A DNA stretch of 64,000 nucleotides, from NCBI GenBank assembly GCA_018667335.1, contig JABIVD010000016.1, forward strand, positions 3,683-67,682, read 5' to 3'. The DNA comes from Rhodospirillaceae bacterium. Its GTDB lineage: Bacteria > Pseudomonadota > Alphaproteobacteria > UBA6615. The notes below the pieces were generated by a model. It was not told the origin of the DNA and searched no databases. It was given only the letters and a program-made list of their open reading frames with translations. A program made the position numbers and the translations under genes. How positions within the stretch are numbered: the stretch's first letter is position 1; every line of letters starts with the position of its first letter. Shown here one piece after another: positions 58,885-64,000 of the stretch.

Positions 58885-59926
58885 GCTCTGAGGGTCCAGC
58901 GGTTCTTGTCGTCGATGACAATGAGGACAATCGTTATACGCTGACACGGCGGCTGGGCCGTCTCGGCTATGAGAACGTGACCGATCAATCGATGGGCGCG
59001 CGGCACTGGACGCGCTTGCGGCGGACAATTTCGACCTGGTCTTGCTCGACATCATGATGCCCGAAATGAACGGGTATGAGGTTCTCGAACACATCAAGGC
59101 CGACCTGTCCCTGCGCGACATTCCGGTGATCATGATTTCCGCGGTTGATGAGATGGAAAGCGTGGTCCGCTGCATTGAACTTGGCGCGGAAGACTATTTG
59201 TCGAAGCCGTTCAACGCCACGCTGCTGAAGGCCCGGGTCGGGGCATCGCTCGACAAGAAGAAACTCCGCGACCAGGAGACGAGCTATCTCGCGCAAATCG
59301 AGAGTGAGCAACGGCGCAGCGACGAACTGTTGCACGCAATTCTGCCCGAAGGCGCTGTGCGAGAACTGAAAACCACCAACGAAGTGCAGCCGCGCCGCTA
59401 TGACGACGTCGCGGTTATGTTCTGTGACATTGTTTCCTTCACCGCCTATTGCGAACAAAATCCGCCGGAGAAGGTCGTTGGCGAACTGCAGGAACTCGTC
59501 CATCGTTTCGAGGACATTGCATTCGAAACCGGGCTGGAGAAGATCAAGACCGTCGGCGATGCATTTCTTGCGACTGCGGGGCTGCTTCACGAAGTCGACG
59601 ATCCTGTGTTAGCTGGCGCCCGCGCCGGTTTGGCGATGGTGGCGGCTTCGCAGGAGGTTCCGCCGGGTTGGCAGGTCAGGGTGGGTCTCCACTTCGGGCC
59701 CGTGGTTGCGGGCGTGGTCGGCCGGCGCAAGTTCATGTTCGATTTATGGGGTGACACGGTGAATGTGGCGTCCCGCGTTTCGGATCAGGCCGAGCCGGGC
59801 ACTGTATTGCTGTCCGGAGATGCCTGGGCGCAGATACGATCGTCGGCATCCGGACACAGCCGCGGCATGGTGCCCCTCAAGGGCAAGGGCGAAATGGAAC
59901 TCGTCGAGGTCACGGCGGTCGACTGA
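58881..59926 (+). pseudogene. Receiver-domain / class III adenylate-guanylate cyclase gene, apparently disrupted by a 1-nt frameshift near 58989-58993
   Basis: The start overlaps the upstream RR stop as ATGA. Frame A gives MSSEGPAVLVVDDNEDNRYTLTRRLGRLGYENVTDQS. The receiver then continues in frame -1 as DGRAALDALAADNFDLVLLDIMMPEMNGYEVLEHIK..., followed by an intact CHD cyclase domain (MFCDIVSFT, KTVGDAF). Confidence 0.6.
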
Positions 59927-59963
59927 CTTTTCGATTGTTTTCCGAACGATACGTGTCCACCGC

Positions 59964-60821
59964 TCAGTCTTTGTAGCGGTCCGCGATGCCGTCCCAACGG
60001 GGCATTTCGACGATGTCGAGATATTCCGGAAAACTCAGCCCGGTGTTGGCGAGTTTGAGTTCGCCGCTCTTGATGTCGGCCAGCGTGTCGCGGATCGTGC
60101 GCGCCGTCAGCATCAGCGTTGTGATGCCATAGCTGGCGATGCTGTAGCCGATCTCCCCCAGCTCTGCCGGACCAAGAAGCGGCGTGACGCCGCCCTCGAT
60201 CATGTTGGAGAGCTGCGGCACCGGCAGCTCCTCGCAAATGCGTCGCATGTCCTCGATCGACGTCGGCGCCTCGACGAACAGCGCGTCGGCGCCCGCCTTC
60301 ATGTAACGCGCGCCGCGACGGAGCGCCTCGTCGAGGCCGTCGGTGGCAATAGCGTCGGTGCGCGCGATGATGAAGGTATCGGGATTTAGCCGCTCGCCGG
60401 CACACGCGCGCAGCTTCTCCTCCATTTCCTCGGTAGGCACGATGCGCTTGCCGGCCATATGGCCGCAGCGCTTCGGCGCGACTTGGTCTTCGATGAAGAT
60501 CGCCTGCGCGCCGATCTTCTCATAGTGGTTCAGCGTGTAGACGGCGTTCTTGACGTCGCCGTAGCCGGTGTCGACATCGACCAGGCAGGGCAGGTCGGTG
60601 ACGGCGAGGATGTCACGCACGCCGGCCGAAATCTCGCCGAGCCCGAGCAGGCCGATGTCGGGGGCGCCGTAGCGCGCGCCGACGATCTGGAAACCCCCGA
60701 TCATGAAAGCGTCGAACCCGGTCTGCTCGATGATCCGTGCGGTCAGCGCATCATGTGCGCCGGGGAGGACGAGGGGCGATGCCGCGTTGGCGAGCTGGCG
60801 GAAGGTCTTCTTAGTGGTCAT
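59964..60821 (-). CDS. Isocitrate lyase / PEP mutase-family protein (2-methylisocitrate lyase / carboxyvinyl-carboxyphosphonate phosphorylmutase-like)
   Basis: LPGAHDALTARIIEQTGFDA, DVDTGYG and KRCGH (catalytic Cys loop) blocks. Confidence 0.85.
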   Translation of the reverse strand: MTTKKTFRQLANAASPLVLPGAHDALTARIIEQTGFDAFMIGGFQIVGARYGAPDIGLLGLGEISAGVRDILAVTDLPCLVDVDTGYGDVKNAVYTLNHYEKIGAQAIFIEDQVAPKRCGHMAGKRIVPTEEMEEKLRACAGERLNPDTFIIARTDAIATDGLDEALRRGARYMKAGADALFVEAPTSIEDMRRICEELPVPQLSNMIEGGVTPLLGPAELGEIGYSIASYGITTLMLTARTIRDTLADIKSGELKLANTGLSFPEYLDIVEMPRWDGIADRYKD

Positions 60822-60830
60822 GGCGCCCCC

Positions 60831-61454
60831 CTAGCGCAGCGGCGAGAACGCGGGTGCCAGCAGCAACTTGTTGTCCGGGGTGACAATTGCACCTTTGGGT
60901 GACCCCTTCGGCGGCCAGACACCCTTCGCCACGCCGTCGGCACGCACCTGCGCGCGGTGTTCGAAGCTCTCATAGGGCCAGATGTGGACATACTTGTTGA
61001 GGTTGCCCAAGTCCGTGTGCATCGCCATGGCGCAGGGTGAGAGTTCGCAGCGCGGACCGATAGCGTCTTCCCAGCCCTTGATGATCCCGGGCATCGTTCC
61101 GTTGTTGACCGTGTAGTAGCGGTATTCGAACAGCGGTCCCTGCTCGCCGCTCAGGAACTCGCCCATGAACGGGAACGGCGTGAAGACCTCGCTGTTCATC
61201 TCGTGGATCATCTCGGTCACCGCGGGCGGCCAGACGCCGGTCGCGACCGCCTCGGTGCGCACCGCTTCGCGTTCGGCAAGATCCTTGTAGGCCCAGATAT
61301 GCATGACTTCGTTGAGCGGCCCGACCTCGGAATAGAAGAAGGCGGCCAGGGGCGACAGCTGCTTGCGGCCGTTCTCGTAGGCCTCTCCGAAGGCCTTGAT
61401 GAATGCGGGAACCATGCGCGGCTTCAGCCGGTAGGTGCGTACTTCGTAAATCAT
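60831..61454 (-). CDS. NIPSNAP-family protein (two tandem NIPSNAP/DABB domains)
   Basis: Start at MIYEVRTYRL. There is a second YExRYYTV repeat. ~207 aa. Confidence 0.7.
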   Translation of the reverse strand: MIYEVRTYRLKPRMVPAFIKAFGEAYENGRKQLSPLAAFFYSEVGPLNEVMHIWAYKDLAEREAVRTEAVATGVWPPAVTEMIHEMNSEVFTPFPFMGEFLSGEQGPLFEYRYYTVNNGTMPGIIKGWEDAIGPRCELSPCAMAMHTDLGNLNKYVHIWPYESFEHRAQVRADGVAKGVWPPKGSPKGAIVTPDNKLLLAPAFSPLR

Positions 61455-61569
61455 GTTGTCCCCCCTGAGGAATGGAGCCCGCGATTGTGACGCTTGTTGG
61501 CGGCTCGAAAAAAGTGCGGCCCTCAGTTTGACCTGCGCCGGATTATGCGTCCAGTCGCCACGCCCGATT

Positions 61570-62457
61570 CTAGCCCTCGGTCGTGGGGAGGGGGCGCTGC
61601 ACGCCGTGCGCGACGTCACGGCGCGCCATGTAAGTAGTGCCGACGACGATGATCCCGGCGCCGATCCAGGTCCAGGTGTCGGGGAATTCGGCGAACACCA
61701 CGTAGCTGATCACCGCGGCCCAGACCATGCGCATCGCGCTGACCGGCTCGACCAGGCTGACATCCGCAAGCTTGTAGGCGTGGGTGAACAACAGGTGACC
61801 GGTGGTGCCGCACAGGCCGATGGCGGTGAGCCACAGGAACTGCTCGAGGGTCGGCCACTGCCAGACGAACAGTGCCGGGATCAGGGTCACGGGGGTCATC
61901 AACAATGTGACGTAGGCGACGATCGTGGTCGGCGAGTCATGCCGCGACAGCATTTTTGCCATGACCTTCGAATTCGAGACCAGAAACACCGCCATGAGAA
62001 CCAGCACGGTGCCGAGATTGATCGCGACGAAGCCCGGCCGGACGACGACGAAGGCACCCGCCACGGCCAGAGAGATGCCGAGCCAGCGGCGTGGTCCAAC
62101 TTTCTCTCCGAGGAAAAATATCGCCAGCAGGGCGACGAAAACCGGCCCGACCAGGCTGATGGCGGCGACGTCGCCCACTGGAATCAACGACAGAGCGGTG
62201 ATCATGCAGAGCATGGCACCGGCGTTCACCAGCCCGCGCCCGAGATGCCAGGGCAGCATGTCGGTTCGAAACAGGCCGAAACCATTCCGTGCAATGACCG
62301 GTATGAAAATGATCAGCCCGAGAAAGCCGCGGAAGAACGCGACTTCGAAGGCATGCAGGCCCTCTTCGACTGTCAGGTAGCGGACAATGTTATGCATCGT
62401 CGCGGCGGACGCCGACGCGCCCACCACCAACAGTATCGCCTTTACCGAATCCGGCAT
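61570..62457 (-). CDS. DMT-superfamily transporter (EamA family)
   Basis: 10-TM EamA architecture. Start at MPDSVKAILL. Confidence 0.8.
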   Translation of the reverse strand: MPDSVKAILLVVGASASAATMHNIVRYLTVEEGLHAFEVAFFRGFLGLIIFIPVIARNGFGLFRTDMLPWHLGRGLVNAGAMLCMITALSLIPVGDVAAISLVGPVFVALLAIFFLGEKVGPRRWLGISLAVAGAFVVVRPGFVAINLGTVLVLMAVFLVSNSKVMAKMLSRHDSPTTIVAYVTLLMTPVTLIPALFVWQWPTLEQFLWLTAIGLCGTTGHLLFTHAYKLADVSLVEPVSAMRMVWAAVISYVVFAEFPDTWTWIGAGIIVVGTTYMARRDVAHGVQRPLPTTEG

Positions 62458-62728
62458 GGCATCTTCAGCATCATCGCGCGCCAGGTTGTAAGGATGTCTC
62501 CGCCGGGTGCTGGCGGTCTGTTTCCGATTTGGAAGCAAGCCGATTGTAAGTAAAGTCGGCCCGAATCATACTTTTACGACCGGGGTGTCCTGTTATGGCG
62601 ACCAGGATACACCCGGGAATGACCGGCAGTCCTGCACCGCGTTTGCGCAGCGTCATGGCGCCTGTTCGCCGGACCAGGCTGAACGAACCTGTATAATGAC
62701 GATCGTAAAAAAAACGGGAGACAATCAC

Positions 62729-63274
62729 ATGATGCCAGAAGCACGGGTGTGGACCCGCGAGGAAATGATGAAGCGCGTGGCCCTGTTCAAGGACCAGAGC
62801 GGTTCCAAGGAAGGCCTGCCCGAGAGCCACCTGCCGCAATGCGAGAAGGAACTCATCAATATCATCGGCTTCCGTCCGCCGCAGGACGGCAGTATGGAAT
62901 CGCCCGTTGGTGCAAATTCGTCGAAACGGGCGGCCATCGACATTTACGAAGGTTTCAACATGGGCTTCGTGAAGTGCAAGCCGGGCAAGGGCCCGCTGAT
63001 GCACAACCACGACACCAACGAGACCTTTATGCCGATCAGCGGAAAGTGGCGGTGTCACTGGAACGAGGGCGACGACTACGAATATATCGACGCCGGTCCG
63101 TGTGATGTCGTGTCTTTCCCGCCCGGCGTGATCCGCCGGTTCTCCTGTGTGGAAGCACCGGAGGGCGAGGAAGAAGCGCTGATGATGTTCGTCATCGGCG
63201 GCGAGTTTCCCGAGGCCGAATACACCGAGGATGCCAATCGCATCATTGCCGAGCACGACGCCGCTCAGGCGTAG
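62729..63274 (+). CDS. Cupin-domain protein
   Basis: RBS gggagacaatcacATG. Cupin motifs GPLMHNHDTNETFMPISG ... GPCDVVSFPPGVIRRF. Confidence 0.7.
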   Translation: MMPEARVWTREEMMKRVALFKDQSGSKEGLPESHLPQCEKELINIIGFRPPQDGSMESPVGANSSKRAAIDIYEGFNMGFVKCKPGKGPLMHNHDTNETFMPISGKWRCHWNEGDDYEYIDAGPCDVVSFPPGVIRRFSCVEAPEGEEEALMMFVIGGEFPEAEYTEDANRIIAEHDAAQA

Positions 63275-63342
63275 CGGGCGGGCGCAGACCTCCCGGAGGT
63301 GGGCCGCGTGCCCCCCGACGCTATCAAACAGGAATTTTCGAA

Positions 63343-63777
63343 ATGGCGAAGAAGACAACCAAGAAAAAGGCCCCGATCCCCGCGCGTGCGAAAAAGCGCG
63401 GCGGGATGTTGTGGAACGAGGCATTTACCCAAGGCATCGCCGATGAACTCGCCGACTGGGATCCGGAGTTCAATGAGCTTTTCATGAACTTCGTCTATGG
63501 CGGGGTCTATGACCGGGATGTGCTCCCCCACAAGACGCGCGAACTCTGTGCGATTGCGGCCTGCGTTATGGCCAATGCGCAACCGCAGTTGAGAACCCAT
63601 CTGTTTGCCGCCGCGAACTGTGGCGCAACGAAGAGCGAGATGATGGAGGTGATCCTCCAGATGACGGTCTATTGCGGCGCGCCCTACATGCTGCAGGCTG
63701 CGCGGATTGCCCAGCGCGAGGTGTTTCCCGCGATCGATGCGGGGGAGACATCGCCCACCCCGCCCAAGGTCGACTGA
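63343..63777 (+). CDS. Carboxymuconolactone decarboxylase-family protein
   Basis: Lys-rich N-terminus, then the CMD domain (FNELFMNFVYGGVYDRDVLPHKTRELCAIAACV ... EVILQMTVYCG). Confidence 0.75.
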   Translation: MAKKTTKKKAPIPARAKKRGGMLWNEAFTQGIADELADWDPEFNELFMNFVYGGVYDRDVLPHKTRELCAIAACVMANAQPQLRTHLFAAANCGATKSEMMEVILQMTVYCGAPYMLQAARIAQREVFPAIDAGETSPTPPKVD

Positions 63778-63841
63778 CAACATTCCCGGCCGGGACGCCC
63801 TCGCGTGCGGATTCCCGGTTCGAACACAGAGGACCCAATTC

Positions 63842-64000
63842 ATGGCCATTTCTCATCTCGAACATTTTCTCGTCGTCGCCCAGGACTATAAGGCGACGGT
63901 GCAATGGTACATCGACAATCTCGGTTTCGAGGAAGGCCCGCACCCGGATTTCGGCGCCGATGTCGAGGTGACCTGGCTCTATCTCGGTGAGCGCGACATC
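63842..64000 (+). CDS. VOC-family (glyoxalase/bleomycin-resistance/dioxygenase) protein, 3'-truncated by the window end
   Basis: The N-terminal ISHLEHFLVVAQDYKATVQWYIDNLGFEE is a typical VOC beta-alpha-beta module. The ORF is still open at position 64000. Confidence 0.55.
   Translation, partial: MAISHLEHFLVVAQDYKATVQWYIDNLGFEEGPHPDFGADVEVTWLYLGERDI

Noticed and set aside
1-64000. Mobile elements (IS, transposase, integrase, phage genes)
   Set aside because: No transposase/integrase-like ORFs or terminal inverted repeats found. The only acquisition signal is the compositional islet at the tRNA-Ala gene.

Overview
High-GC (about 65 %) chromosomal segment, most likely from an alphaproteobacterium. 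Genes are densely packed with no transposase, integrase or CRISPR array. Recognisable housekeeping genes are rlmN, argG, folD, a yggT/yggU pair, a DEAD-box helicase, cobB and thpR. Metabolic content includes an NtaA-like flavin monooxygenase with a flavin reductase, an L-carnitine-dehydrogenase-like gene with an Old Yellow Enzyme reductase, an IclR regulator and an unusual DsbA/thioesterase fusion, the ScoA/ScoB CoA-transferase subunits, two SDRs, two alpha/beta hydrolases, a YbbA/YbbP-type ABC transporter beside a divergent tesA-like gene, and six EamA/DMT transporters. Signalling is rich: a CHASE2 histidine kinase with a FecR-domain partner carrying a (GN)n tail, a GAF–HD-GYP protein, a large hybrid kinase followed by a response regulator and a receiver–nucleotidyl cyclase gene that appears frameshifted, and a truncated haemoglobin translationally coupled to a PAS–adenylate/guanylate cyclase. 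The stand-out region is a lower-GC islet of about 1.4 kb directly downstream of a tRNA-Ala(CGC) gene. It carries a trypco2-family gene, a domain known from NTP-dependent conflict systems, and a gene for a two-TM protein of unknown function, with no peptidase, NTPase or integrase. I propose it as a candidate minimal, undescribed conflict/defence module. Other oddities are an in-frame TGA inside the FecR domain, a 1-nt frameshift in the receiver–cyclase gene, short tandem duplications of 12, 17 and 41 bp at three gene 3' ends, an 81-bp x4 repeat in the helicase tail, and an orphan small ParA plus ribbon-helix-helix pair.
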